From: Pseudomonadota bacterium
GTDB taxonomy: Bacteria > Bdellovibrionota > Bdellovibrionia > Bdellovibrionales > SG-bin7
Reading direction: 5' to 3'
DNA: 42,285 nucleotides
Assembly: GCA_034439715.1 (NCBI GenBank)
Contig: JAWXAY010000036.1
Span: 1-42,285, forward strand
Shown here: in pieces, positions 26,629 to 36,320 of the stretch
How positions within the stretch are numbered: position 1 is the first letter of the stretch
Layout of the letters: each line of letters opens with the position of its first letter
Program-made: the position numbers and the translations under genes
Notes under the pieces: model-generated
Databases searched by the model: none
Told to the model about the DNA's origin: nothing
Seen by the model: only the letters and a program-made list of their open reading frames with translations

Positions 26629-27978
26629 ATGGAGCTCAAAATCAAAATAGGACCAGTTTGCCGCTTAGGAATTTTACTATGCCTGACAATTTTTGCCCCA
26701 GCCTTACAGCTGGCTCACGCCGGCGGTGGCTCTACTGGAGGCGGCGATATCTGCGAAAATCGTATAAAAGAAATTCGCACAGATCTCACAAACTGGATTG
26801 AAGATTTTGCTAGAGCTAACTCCGACGACAGCCCAAACAGTCTTACGCTACCCAAGGGAATGAAGTTTTCTGAATATGCCCAAGCTATGAAGCAACAAAT
26901 GAGCTCTGCCACATTTAAATGTGTCGGCCCTGGAGATGCTGGTTATCCTGTGAGGATCAACGAAACTCCTAAGGTTTGCGTTTGGACTATGGAGGCGTCA
27001 GGCAAAGGTAATTTTACATGCGACTTTTTAAAGTACAATTCCCTGCGAGGCGACGAACAATATGTTCTGACTCATCATGAGTATGCAGGACTTGCGCAAA
27101 TTGAGCCACCCAATGGCGACGACTCAAATTATGATATATCAAACCAAATCTCGGATTTTTTGACAGAAATGATTGTGACAAAATTGCAGATCAGTCGATT
27201 AAAAATGAAATATGTAATTACACGCCATCTCGTCTGCGTCGCGAATTCACGCAATGAACAAATCTGCAAAAATCAATCTTATACCTGGTACCAAGATAAT
27301 GTTGAATACTATCGTACTCACATTGAACCCGTTCTTGTCAGAGAAATTTACGTAAAAGGTAATCAAACGATGGTGAGAATTCAAACTGAACAAGATATCA
27401 TCAACGAGTCCAAATTGACTGGTCTTGCTATGTTCGTAGGTGCAAGTCGGTCCGTTCCTATTGATTCAATTCATGCCAAGTCAGTAGAGGAAATCAAAGC
27501 GAACTTTCCGCAGGAGGGGAATAAATTACGACAAAAAGCCCTCAATGAAATTCAGCAACTAGCGAATGCTTTTACTGACGATGCAACCATCCAAGGACAA
27601 ATTACATTCCTAGAGCTTTTTGGCAATAATCGGAGTAATTGTTCTAGCGAACTCTTACGCGCTAAACCACAAGACAAAATAAAAAAAGACTATGTTTTTG
27701 TGACCTGCAAACTCACTAAAGCTAACTTGCCAAGTTTGATTTCTCTTTCTGAGGAGCGGTCCCATTCCGTATTCTTAAAGGAGCTCATAAAATTTATCTC
27801 TGACGGACATACATTGGGAATTCGAAAGAATGGCCCCATAGGAATGTTTTCGTCTGAAGAGTCCGTGGTTATATCTTTGTACAACGAGGAGATTAACCTT
27901 AAAAGAATTCTTTCTGACGTATTGAATAATCCTTATACCGAGCCACGACAACTGATTCACATTTTCAAAGATTTATGA
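26629..27978 (+). CDS. Secreted protein with GGxxxGGG...HHE N-terminal domain and unique C-terminus
   Basis: Signal peptide AHA|GGGSTGGG; N-terminal ~170 aa homologous to 31822-32907. Confidence 0.8.
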   Translation: MELKIKIGPVCRLGILLCLTIFAPALQLAHAGGGSTGGGDICENRIKEIRTDLTNWIEDFARANSDDSPNSLTLPKGMKFSEYAQAMKQQMSSATFKCVGPGDAGYPVRINETPKVCVWTMEASGKGNFTCDFLKYNSLRGDEQYVLTHHEYAGLAQIEPPNGDDSNYDISNQISDFLTEMIVTKLQISRLKMKYVITRHLVCVANSRNEQICKNQSYTWYQDNVEYYRTHIEPVLVREIYVKGNQTMVRIQTEQDIINESKLTGLAMFVGASRSVPIDSIHAKSVEEIKANFPQEGNKLRQKALNEIQQLANAFTDDATIQGQITFLELFGNNRSNCSSELLRAKPQDKIKKDYVFVTCKLTKANLPSLISLSEERSHSVFLKELIKFISDGHTLGIRKNGPIGMFSSEESVVISLYNEEINLKRILSDVLNNPYTEPRQLIHIFKDL

Positions 27979-28013
27979 TTTGAAGGGCGCGGGAAGAAAG
28001 AGGGTGGTTAAAA

Positions 28014-28805
28014 CTACCCCTTTCGACTGTATGATTCTAAGAGTAAATGATGTTCTATTTCTTTAATCATCCTGTGCAACTTCTTTTCCTCCAACCCCAA
28101 TTTCTTACGGAGAGGAAAGTAAAGAGTTGAAAAAACACCAGCGACAAAACTTAGAAACAGAAAAAAGACAACAGAGGCTAAAAATAGGTCAATCCAAGAC
28201 ACTTCGGGGGTCACCACGCTATAGAAAGCACGCCCCAAATCTTTACCAAAAATAAAATCAGAAGCCGCCCGATCGCGGGCCATGTATCCGCCTATGCCGC
28301 TGACAAGACCGAAGATGTCGATATTCCCGCGATCAAAGAATATTTTCCCTAGAATCAATGTAGTAATACTTGTAGAGAAATTGGCTACGATGGTTCTACC
28401 AACGGCATATTTTTTTAATTCCTTTCGCACAATACTGATCTTAACGTCGCGTTCGTTCTGCACCTGGAATAATTCAGCGGCAATTTGTTTTTCAAAATAA
28501 TCTGGAACGTAGGTTTTAAATCCAGTTGGTAGATACTCCATCCAATAAAGTAGTGTTGACCATCCCGCCTTATCGATGTACTCCGCACCTTTTTTTAAAC
28601 CCAAGTAAGGTATTGCCCAAAGAGAGTTAAGTGCCAATTTCCACAGATCGTGCAAAATGTGGTTCTTCTGAAGTTCCCAAACTTTTTTGAATGAATAATG
28701 TTGTTCCAAAAATGCTGGCACTCTACTGCGGCAACCTTCGCTGTAATTGGCAATCAATGCAGGATCTGCTTCTTGAGTGTTTTCTAGAAATCGACCAGGA
28801 CTCAT
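28014..28805 (-). CDS. Hypothetical membrane protein
   Basis: 263-aa ORF with C-terminal hydrophobic segments. Confidence 0.65.
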   Translation of the reverse strand: MSPGRFLENTQEADPALIANYSEGCRSRVPAFLEQHYSFKKVWELQKNHILHDLWKLALNSLWAIPYLGLKKGAEYIDKAGWSTLLYWMEYLPTGFKTYVPDYFEKQIAAELFQVQNERDVKISIVRKELKKYAVGRTIVANFSTSITTLILGKIFFDRGNIDIFGLVSGIGGYMARDRAASDFIFGKDLGRAFYSVVTPEVSWIDLFLASVVFFLFLSFVAGVFSTLYFPLRKKLGLEEKKLHRMIKEIEHHLLLESYSRKG

Positions 28806-28912
28806 AACTTACGCAAGCTCGACATTGGATTCTTATCGGGATTACGCTCCCTAGCAGAAGTCCAGACGGGGCCCACGCTCTTAGTCCTGTGAGCATTTGA
28901 GTAATTTCAGGT

Positions 28913-29347
28913 TTAACGAGTCAATTGGCAAATATAGTTTCTGCGCTTGAATTCTTTTTCGCCACCGCTGTTGTCCCAGTAGCTAAATGAAACGGCTTTA
29001 TGATTCTCATCAATCGTCAATGAAACTAAAGCCATTGCGGCACTTATATCTGTAATGTCTGTTCTGCCAGACTTTAACGACCTACCACTATAAGCTAATG
29101 GTGCAGGTCTAAATACAAAGTTCACTTGTTCGATTCCATGGGTCAATGTGTAGGAATCTGAACTATAGTTAAGAGTGGCGTTAAGACTATGATTAATGAG
29201 TAAGGGATCATTTTGATTTTTTGCTTCGGTGATTTCGATCCAACAGGGGCTACCGTAATTATCGGAACCAAAGAGCTTTCCTGTTTTAATGGCTGCTTGC
29301 GAATAAGAACTTAGCAAAAGAATAATTCCTAAAACCTGACATATCAT
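28913..29347 (-). CDS. Small secreted hypothetical protein
   Basis: RBS GAGG, signal peptide SQA|A, one Cys near each end of the mature chain. Confidence 0.7.
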   Translation of the reverse strand: MICQVLGIILLLSSYSQAAIKTGKLFGSDNYGSPCWIEITEAKNQNDPLLINHSLNATLNYSSDSYTLTHGIEQVNFVFRPAPLAYSGRSLKSGRTDITDISAAMALVSLTIDENHKAVSFSYWDNSGGEKEFKRRNYICQLTR

Positions 29348-29394
29348 ATTTTACCTCTTAGTTTGTTAAATGCAAAAACAGTTGCCAATTCCAA

Positions 29395-30666
29395 CTAAGG
29401 AATTGTTTTCGAGACTTCAAGTGAAAATGCGCTTTCGCCTCCGACAGAATTATAAGCTGTAACGACGAAGTAATATTTTTTACCTCTCGTCAAATTGGTA
29501 AATGTGTACATTGTGACATTTCCTACATCCAGACCCGGCTGAACATAACTTCCTGAGACTTCAGAAATATACGTTTTGTAACCCGTGGCATTTTCAGTAA
29601 CTGCATCCCAAGTAAGTCTGGCCGACGTGATAGGTAGAATGATGGTCCAATTAAAGTTAACAGTTGTTGAAAGGTTATTTGCCAAATCTCGCACTGTAAT
29701 TGTTGTCGAGTAGGGTACTAAAGTCGAAGCCGAGCTAGCAACTGTTCCAGAAATTACTCCCGTTGAGTTAATACTTAAACCAGGCGGAAGATTTGAAGCC
29801 GTATAGCCAAGACTATTGCCATTCGGACTTGAAGCTTGGATAGGCAAATTTATGACGGCATCAATTTCGCTTGTCTGAGCTCCGGGATTAGTAACATTGG
29901 GAGGCATATCGGCCTGAGAAATTAGCCAACTGAAATTCGTACTTCCCACCTGAGTTCCATCTGAAGCTCGGACCACAGCGGAATACGTTCCTTGAGCAGA
30001 GGCACCAACCGCGACTGTACCGCTGATTAGGCCACTAGAATTGATCGACAGGCCTGGTGGCAACCCGCTTGCACTAAATGAGACAGGCTTACCTTCAGGA
30101 TCCACAGCCGTCATTTGCAAATTAACAAGATTACCCTCTTTGTTATTTTGATTGCCAGGGTTGTTAACTACGGGAGCAAGATCTTGTATTGGAGCGCAGG
30201 CCGTACCGCTGATTTCAACGCTTTTCTGGCTCACTAGAGTATATCCTTCAAAGCGATTGTGCGCACCTGTACAAGTATAATTAATGGGTGTTTCTAAATT
30301 TGTAGCGAGGTTTACAGAACCAGAGCACGAAGTGTTAATACTTGTAAAAGTAAAATTCACATTTCCCGGGCTTTGTAACTGCCCTGTGCAGGGGATTGTG
30401 ACTGAAGGCTCATAGATGTTTTTGGCGGCACGCCACTTTAATTCTCTACAACTCTTTAATGTATAAAGGTTATTTGCCTTACTAAATGTTACTGTAACGG
30501 GATATGCAGAACCACAATTTGCCGGAAGCGCGCTAATCGCGTTCCTTACATCTTCTGGACCGGCGACGCGAACGTTCTTGGGAGTCGACGAAAAACTCAC
30601 ACGATCAGGACAAGCTGTAGTCAAAAACAATAGCGTGATTAACACAATAGGAAATCGTAAATTCAT
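29395..30666 (-). CDS. Lipoprotein with two putative Ig (He_PIG-like) repeats and a C-terminal fibronectin type III domain
   Basis: Lipobox LTTAC; two NPG.Q...LPPGLSINS.G.ISGT repeats; LTWD...GYK.Y...LTRGKKYYFVVTAYN FN3 motif. Confidence 0.88.
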   Translation of the reverse strand: MNLRFPIVLITLLFLTTACPDRVSFSSTPKNVRVAGPEDVRNAISALPANCGSAYPVTVTFSKANNLYTLKSCRELKWRAAKNIYEPSVTIPCTGQLQSPGNVNFTFTSINTSCSGSVNLATNLETPINYTCTGAHNRFEGYTLVSQKSVEISGTACAPIQDLAPVVNNPGNQNNKEGNLVNLQMTAVDPEGKPVSFSASGLPPGLSINSSGLISGTVAVGASAQGTYSAVVRASDGTQVGSTNFSWLISQADMPPNVTNPGAQTSEIDAVINLPIQASSPNGNSLGYTASNLPPGLSINSTGVISGTVASSASTLVPYSTTITVRDLANNLSTTVNFNWTIILPITSARLTWDAVTENATGYKTYISEVSGSYVQPGLDVGNVTMYTFTNLTRGKKYYFVVTAYNSVGGESAFSLEVSKTIP

Positions 30667-30884
30667 TTTCACCTCAGTTTGATGAATACTATTCCAATTA
30701 CCATGCCAAGCGTTTATTCACTGAAAGCTCACTCTTTCGAAATGGGAGTTAATTTATGGGCCAATCTTACATGAAATGGCACCGGCGATTTACTTTATTA
30801 TAATAAAGATAAAGAAAGACGGCCTCGTGAAATTTAATGTCTTGAATTAGTTTTTTATTTCCGAAGCAGGAAATTTGTTAGAAT

Positions 30885-31718
30885 CTAGCTTCCGGCTAAA
30901 CGAAAAAAATCTATATTTAGGCAAACCACTTCCTCGGCCTGAGACCCACGACAAATTTCAAGGGATGTTTCGATATTTTTGGATAAAAGTTCTCGAACCT
31001 TTACAAAATCTTCTGCCGAAAGCGACATAGGGGAACTGTAAAATAATTCCGTCGGTTCGCGTGTATCCATTTTTTGAATGGCCTTAATGCGCCAATTCGT
31101 GTGATGTTTAACCACTAGAGGAGAGTCATTACCGATATAAATTACAGCCTGACCCATCTGGTAATGTGATCCGTTTAAATCGCATATTCCTGCACGAACC
31201 AGAAAAGTTAAAAATTCCTCCGCTTTACTGCGGGTCAATTTAAATTCTTCAGCTATTTGCTCCAGCGTTTGTCCATTGTTAATTGCAGTGGCAACAAATA
31301 TGGCGCCATAAATCCAACTTGAATAAAAAATTGCTTTGTCTTCGGCTGAGAGTTCTTTATGGCTTCCTACCCTCGACTTAACTTTGGCTCTTTCCTCTTC
31401 GATCGCTTTTTTTTCCTCTAACCAATATTTTTTTAATTTCTGCGTGCCCGAACGTTCTATTTGAATCAGGGTAAAAAAATATTTTTGTTCAATTGGTGTA
31501 TGTTTTAAAAAATCGGAGAGTTCTGCAGCCTGTTCAAAGCTCAAGTTCTTTGAACCTGAAAGAACATGCCCTAAAAAACTAGTATGAACCCCGATAGCCT
31601 TAGAAATTCGCGAGAGATTTGACGTCCCATCTTGCCTTGCTCGCGCGATCCATTGTTTAAGGTACGCGCGATACTCAGAATAACTAAATAAATCTATGAA
31701 CTTAATCATATTGACCAT
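30885..31718 (-). CDS. TIGR02147/DUF4423-like HTH regulator (paralog of 25695-26498)
   Basis: YRAYLK...IGVHTSFLGHVLSG, FYSSWIY.AI, VVKHHTNWR; palindrome TTGACC-N4-GGTCAA at 31711-31726 over its start. Confidence 0.82.
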   Translation of the reverse strand: MVNMIKFIDLFSYSEYRAYLKQWIARARQDGTSNLSRISKAIGVHTSFLGHVLSGSKNLSFEQAAELSDFLKHTPIEQKYFFTLIQIERSGTQKLKKYWLEEKKAIEEERAKVKSRVGSHKELSAEDKAIFYSSWIYGAIFVATAINNGQTLEQIAEEFKLTRSKAEEFLTFLVRAGICDLNGSHYQMGQAVIYIGNDSPLVVKHHTNWRIKAIQKMDTREPTELFYSSPMSLSAEDFVKVRELLSKNIETSLEICRGSQAEEVVCLNIDFFRLAGS

Positions 31719-31821
31719 TCGGTCAAAAACAGTGTGATCTTTAGACCAAAATGTCCTAGTAAATTATTGCAGTGCGCAATATACTGGCCCACGAATTGAA
31801 TAACAACAAACTGGAGAAACC

Positions 31822-32907
31822 ATGAGCTGTTTAACCTTACTTAAAAAAATAATTTCGGTGAATCTTTTGACAGTGTTGCCAATTTTCGCGATGGCGGGCG
31901 GAGCTAGTCCCGGCGGTGGTCAAAAGTGTGAAGCTCGTATTCAAGAGATTCGCGAAAACATCAAACAATGGATCGCTGTTGGTAGGCATGAGAATTTAGA
32001 ATATAAAGGGAATTTTAATGCTCAAGACTATTCTCAAAGAATGAATGAGTATTTAGCTACTACGGTTCAACCTGATGGGTCAGTGGTGCCTGTGACTGAC
32101 ATTGAGTGTAGTAAAGATCCCATTAAGGTTTACGAACACGATAAAGATTGTAAATTTGAGCGACTCGCAAATGGACCTAAAATTACTTGTTTTAAAGATG
32201 CGTTTATGGACAAGTCGAAGATGAGCGATGACGAACAGTATTGGTTAATTCATCATGAGTTTGCGAGCCTCGCTGATCTAGAACCTCCAAGTGGGCCAAA
32301 TTCAAATTACATATTTTCAAATCAAATTACTGGCAAACTACAAGACGAACTTGTACGCAAACTCCCCATTAGCAGGGAAATAAAAAACGATTACAAAAGT
32401 TGCGTTATAGACGAAAAAATGAAGCAGAAAGTTTCTAATATGACAGCTCGTTTTGTTCTAAATTTCTTTGCTGAGGAATTGCGTAAAATTGGTATTCAAG
32501 TAGACATTAATTCTGCCGCGTTTGATAACGTTGTTACTCGGGCCTTAAGCAAAGATACGATTTATTTTCCACTACAGGATAATTTCCGTTATAGCGATGG
32601 ATTATCTGGTAGACTGAGATTTAATAGCGAGAATGGAACTGAATTTGCCCTCCAATTTAACCCCGATAGTAAATTTTCGATCGTGGCAAAATCTAAAGTA
32701 GCCTCGTACGACAATCAAGGGAATATCACCGGATGTGAAATTGAAGTGGATAATAACTTTGCCGGAACATCCTTGCCTATTCCTTTCCACTATATTTTCA
32801 ACATCCGTTCGAGGTATGTTGTCTGGGGTTGCAGCGAGGATCCCGCTGTTAAGAACAGTCATCTTTGCAATCAAAGCATTCCAAAACAAATTTTATTTAA
32901 ATATTAA
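31822..32907 (+). CDS. Secreted protein with GGxxxGGG...HHE N-terminal domain (paralog of 26629-27978)
   Basis: RBS GGAG; signal peptide AMA|GGASPGGG; DDEQYWLIHHEFASLADLEPP..SNY.FSNQI. Confidence 0.8.
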   Translation: MSCLTLLKKIISVNLLTVLPIFAMAGGASPGGGQKCEARIQEIRENIKQWIAVGRHENLEYKGNFNAQDYSQRMNEYLATTVQPDGSVVPVTDIECSKDPIKVYEHDKDCKFERLANGPKITCFKDAFMDKSKMSDDEQYWLIHHEFASLADLEPPSGPNSNYIFSNQITGKLQDELVRKLPISREIKNDYKSCVIDEKMKQKVSNMTARFVLNFFAEELRKIGIQVDINSAAFDNVVTRALSKDTIYFPLQDNFRYSDGLSGRLRFNSENGTEFALQFNPDSKFSIVAKSKVASYDNQGNITGCEIEVDNNFAGTSLPIPFHYIFNIRSRYVVWGCSEDPAVKNSHLCNQSIPKQILFKY

Positions 32908-32997
32908 TTAGTAAAAATAAGTTTGGGCATTAATTCAAACAACCGGCCAATCTGTGGCGTATTGTTCGCCACTATCGTATTTCCCTTGTGCGAAAAT

Positions 32998-34440
32998 TTA
33001 GTTGGCTTTTCTCACCACAACATAAACTGAAGTCGGTTCAATTTTTAGCGTGAGTGACGGCGTTGTGGAGTATACGGCTGTCCCGGCACTGATGATGGGA
33101 TTAAAATCCGACGGGCTCGAGCCCGTAAGCTTGTACAATGTCCCCACAAAGGTGCTTGTTACTCCATAAATGTTGAGTTTCACTGTTTGTGCTGAGCTCG
33201 ATCTATTAACGATAAAGGTGTTTACGGTGTTGGTTCTATTGTCGATACTACTAAATACCCTTAAGTTGCTCGTTGCTCCCGTGGTACCGATCTTGCGATT
33301 GCCGACGAATTTGTTGACGAGCGAAAGCGCCACACCCGAAGCATTTAATTTATTTGAGCTAGAAAATGTGTCAGAGGCTTGCGGGGTGGCAGAAAAATTT
33401 TTTACCCACCGGCTCGCCCAAAGCTCGGCATAATCTAGTCTTGGACTTTTTAAAATTTCTAAGAGCATTTCAACTGTGACAATGGCGGCACCTAAATTGT
33501 TGGGATCATTAGACGTGTAATTCATGCTGCTAGTTTCAGTCATGGCAATCCGTAAATGCGAAGTGTTGACTATCGAATTTGACTGATTGATTGCAACTTC
33601 GGCATCTCTAACTGCCGAATAAAAATCCAAAGTTCCCCAAGCGTTTTGATTGGCTTGGTAGCTTGAAAAACTAGAGTGATAAAGTTGATAAGAATGTACG
33701 ACTAAAAAATCGATCGTTTGAGCCGCGTAAATATTTAGAGTGGGGTGACGGTAGGTAAGTAGCGAATTAAACCACGGGGCTTTATCGCCATTGGCACCAA
33801 TTTTAATTCTGGGATCAATCGCTTTTAAAGCGCGGGACCATTGGATAACATCTCTGGCGTACTCAGTAACACCCACTTGATAATTGTCAGTGTAGTTCGG
33901 AAAATAATAATAAGTCTCGTTCCCGATTTCCCATTGACCAACATTGTAGCCCTTATCTTTGGCATACTTCACCCACGCTTTTGCCATGTCTAGAGCGAGA
34001 GACTTGTTGCCACATGGGTAACAAAGCACGACGTTAGGAATCGCGCCCGTGCTTGTTGCAACACTCATGAATTGGTCGAAATTTAAACCCTTATAAAAAC
34101 GCCCCTTGGAATCGGCTAAATTACTATTTGCGGGCCACCACCTCGTATTACCGACACGATGTGTAGCTGGATTTGGATTAGCGAGCGTCGAGGGATCGGT
34201 AAAAAAATAATTGTCCGCACTTTCGCCCTCAGGAAAACGCAATCTCTTTGACCCAGTTTGTTGAACGGCTTGGCTTAAGCTACCTAATGAAGTTACCCCA
34301 TCAGTCATTTGATTAAGCACAACTCCGAAGGGTGAAGAGTTAATATTTGAGATGGTAGAATTAGGATAAATGTTTATGTTGACTTGCGCCTGGCCAACCG
34401 AAAAAGTAAACAGAAATAATACAGTTAATTTCCCCAACAT
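32998..34440 (-). CDS. Secreted clan GH-A glycoside hydrolase (GH51/GH79/GH44-like, arabinofuranosidase-type)
   Basis: LRFPEG..AD.Y, WEIGNE (acid/base), VHSY, IAMTE (nucleophile), C-terminal beta-sandwich; ATG 34440 with RBS and signal peptide. Confidence 0.82.
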   Translation of the reverse strand: MLGKLTVLFLFTFSVGQAQVNINIYPNSTISNINSSPFGVVLNQMTDGVTSLGSLSQAVQQTGSKRLRFPEGESADNYFFTDPSTLANPNPATHRVGNTRWWPANSNLADSKGRFYKGLNFDQFMSVATSTGAIPNVVLCYPCGNKSLALDMAKAWVKYAKDKGYNVGQWEIGNETYYYFPNYTDNYQVGVTEYARDVIQWSRALKAIDPRIKIGANGDKAPWFNSLLTYRHPTLNIYAAQTIDFLVVHSYQLYHSSFSSYQANQNAWGTLDFYSAVRDAEVAINQSNSIVNTSHLRIAMTETSSMNYTSNDPNNLGAAIVTVEMLLEILKSPRLDYAELWASRWVKNFSATPQASDTFSSSNKLNASGVALSLVNKFVGNRKIGTTGATSNLRVFSSIDNRTNTVNTFIVNRSSSAQTVKLNIYGVTSTFVGTLYKLTGSSPSDFNPIISAGTAVYSTTPSLTLKIEPTSVYVVVRKAN

Positions 34441-34483
34441 ACCTACCCCCGTAAATTGATAACTCTCTGATAAGCATTGGACT

Positions 34484-34499
34484 TGCAATAGGTGTTCCA
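34484..34499 (-). promoter_or_regulatory. Sigma-54-like promoter
   Basis: Minus strand TGGAACACCTATTGCA (GG-N10-GC), 44 nt upstream of ATG 34440; 14/16 identical to the site at 25430. Confidence 0.65.
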
Positions 34500-34636
34500 G
34501 ATTGTAAGCAAACTACGCGTAATGACCTAAGGTTTCTGGCTATGAAATAACCACATAACATTTTTCTGACAGTGATCTCATTTCAGAACAATTCTATTTG
34601 CAATAGCTGCCACTTCCCTACAGACAAAAAGTGCCG

Positions 34637-35887
34637 TTATTTCCCGAGTACACTCAGCAGTTCGGTCCTTGCAACCTGATAGTCACGACGAAGCTCAGCA
34701 AAGCGTTTTCTCATTTCAAGATTGCGGCTAGTGGCCGAAAGAACATCCGGAGAATTCTTAACCCCGCGTCGGTATTCATCTAATGTGCGAGTTAAAAAAG
34801 TCTTAGCTAATTTTAAAGCGTCCTCTGATTCGTGGATGAGATCGTGATTGAGCTTGAGTTCGGCCTTCGCGTTTTCGACGTCGGCTTGAAGTTCCTTTAC
34901 CGACTGGAGATGCTGGGACTGCAAACCTGCGGCTTCGAGGTTTTTCTGTGAAGCCTCGGTCGACATCGTGAATTTATCAAAGATTTGAATTGTAACACGG
35001 GCTCCAAAAACGGATTCCGCCCGCTCAGAGCTGGGATCAAATTCCCGCTCACGAAAAGTGTAGGTGCCATACTCAGCATATAAATCGATAGAAGGCGCCC
35101 ACCACCTCGACAACTGTGTACCTTTTAATAATGCTTCATCGGCCCGAAACCGAATTCCCGTTAGACTCGGGTGGTTTTCAACCTGATAGCTCGATGTTAA
35201 CATTTTGTCGTCATGATTATGATCAACAAAATTACTAGTCATTATTTCGGCACCTTCAGAAAGTCCAAGCAAGACTCGGAGCTGTCTTTGCATATTTTGG
35301 GCCGACAGTTTTAGTCGCGCCACATCTTGATTAAGTTCAATTTTGCGCATTTCGAAATCGATTCTATCAGTTTGAGTAGCGAGACCCTCCCGTACACGTT
35401 TTTGAGCAGAGGTAAGATTCTTTTGATTCTCAGCTATGGCATCCACGAGCAGGTCCTCAAGCTCCCTACTAGAAACTAACTGCCAAAAAAAAAGTCTCGC
35501 TTTTTTAATTTCCTCGCGCTTAGATTGATCGGCCTCAGCTGACGAGGCCTTTATTCTTGTATCTACGAGATTATTCTCAAGTTTATCGATACCGCCACGA
35601 AAAACATTAACTGTCGCTTCGACCTTGCCATAGGGTTCGCTTCGTTCTAACTGCGTGCCCGACTGAAAACGCTCACTACCAATTTTGGCTTCAACGTGGG
35701 GAAGATACGAACGCTTAAGAAACCCTTGGCCAGCTTCAGCAGATTCCTTGATAAGTGTCGCACCCTTGACGTGGTGATTCCGCTCCTCTACGAGTCCAGC
35801 AATATCGTCAAATTGAATTTTCATCGTCTCAGCTCCCAGTAAGGAAAAACAGAGAAAAATTAAAAGTAAATTTAAAAACCACATCAT
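34637..35887 (-). CDS. TolC-family outer membrane efflux protein
   Basis: Signal peptide and two OEP-like repeats (YLPHVE..., WAPSIDL..., EYRRG...DVL); RBS GAGG before ATG 35887. Confidence 0.85.
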   Translation of the reverse strand: MMWFLNLLLIFLCFSLLGAETMKIQFDDIAGLVEERNHHVKGATLIKESAEAGQGFLKRSYLPHVEAKIGSERFQSGTQLERSEPYGKVEATVNVFRGGIDKLENNLVDTRIKASSAEADQSKREEIKKARLFFWQLVSSRELEDLLVDAIAENQKNLTSAQKRVREGLATQTDRIDFEMRKIELNQDVARLKLSAQNMQRQLRVLLGLSEGAEIMTSNFVDHNHDDKMLTSSYQVENHPSLTGIRFRADEALLKGTQLSRWWAPSIDLYAEYGTYTFREREFDPSSERAESVFGARVTIQIFDKFTMSTEASQKNLEAAGLQSQHLQSVKELQADVENAKAELKLNHDLIHESEDALKLAKTFLTRTLDEYRRGVKNSPDVLSATSRNLEMRKRFAELRRDYQVARTELLSVLGK

Positions 35888-35894
35888 TAATACC

Positions 35895-36296
35895 TCAGTG
35901 AATATTATCGACTCCAAAATCTACAAGCACTTTGCTGGCGCCCGCTTCAAGATTTACATGTAGGTCGTAGCGATGCACTTTGCTAATTCCAGCAAGAGTT
36001 GTTTCGTAGACTTCACCATTCTTCTTAAAAACTACTTCCTTTGCCTTTTTTTCCTTGGGAAACCGTAGTTCGCCCTTAGCAGTGTCTTTATCGAGTTTCA
36101 CTGGCTTTAGACCCTTGTCATAAACATAGATCTTCGCCTGATCTCCATTGAGGACCAATTCGACTTTATAGGGTGGAGCATCTCTCAAGACACCACCGTG
36201 AGGTGCGGATTCGACTGCAGCCTCATGATTATGTCCATCACCTGCCCACACACTGTTGACTGCAAGACTGCAAAGTATTGTTAAAAATAATTTCAT
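35895..36296 (-). CDS. Small periplasmic His-rich metal-binding protein
   Basis: Signal peptide VWA|GDGHNHE...APHGG...VELV...IYVYD; lies between the RND and TolC genes. Confidence 0.75.
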   Translation of the reverse strand: MKLFLTILCSLAVNSVWAGDGHNHEAAVESAPHGGVLRDAPPYKVELVLNGDQAKIYVYDKGLKPVKLDKDTAKGELRFPKEKKAKEVVFKKNGEVYETTLAGISKVHRYDLHVNLEAGASKVLVDFGVDNIH

Positions 36297-36320
36297 TTTT
36301 CTCTCCTTTCAAAGAGTGAG

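Noticed and set aside
29371..29388. Sigma-54-like site TTGGCAACTGTTTTTGCA upstream of 29347
   Set aside because: GG-GC spacing is 11 rather than 10, so it was not called as a promoter.
19993..34499. Integron-like cassette array
   Set aside because: Genes are mostly co-oriented, but I found no repeated attC-like sites, and most genes have their own promoters.
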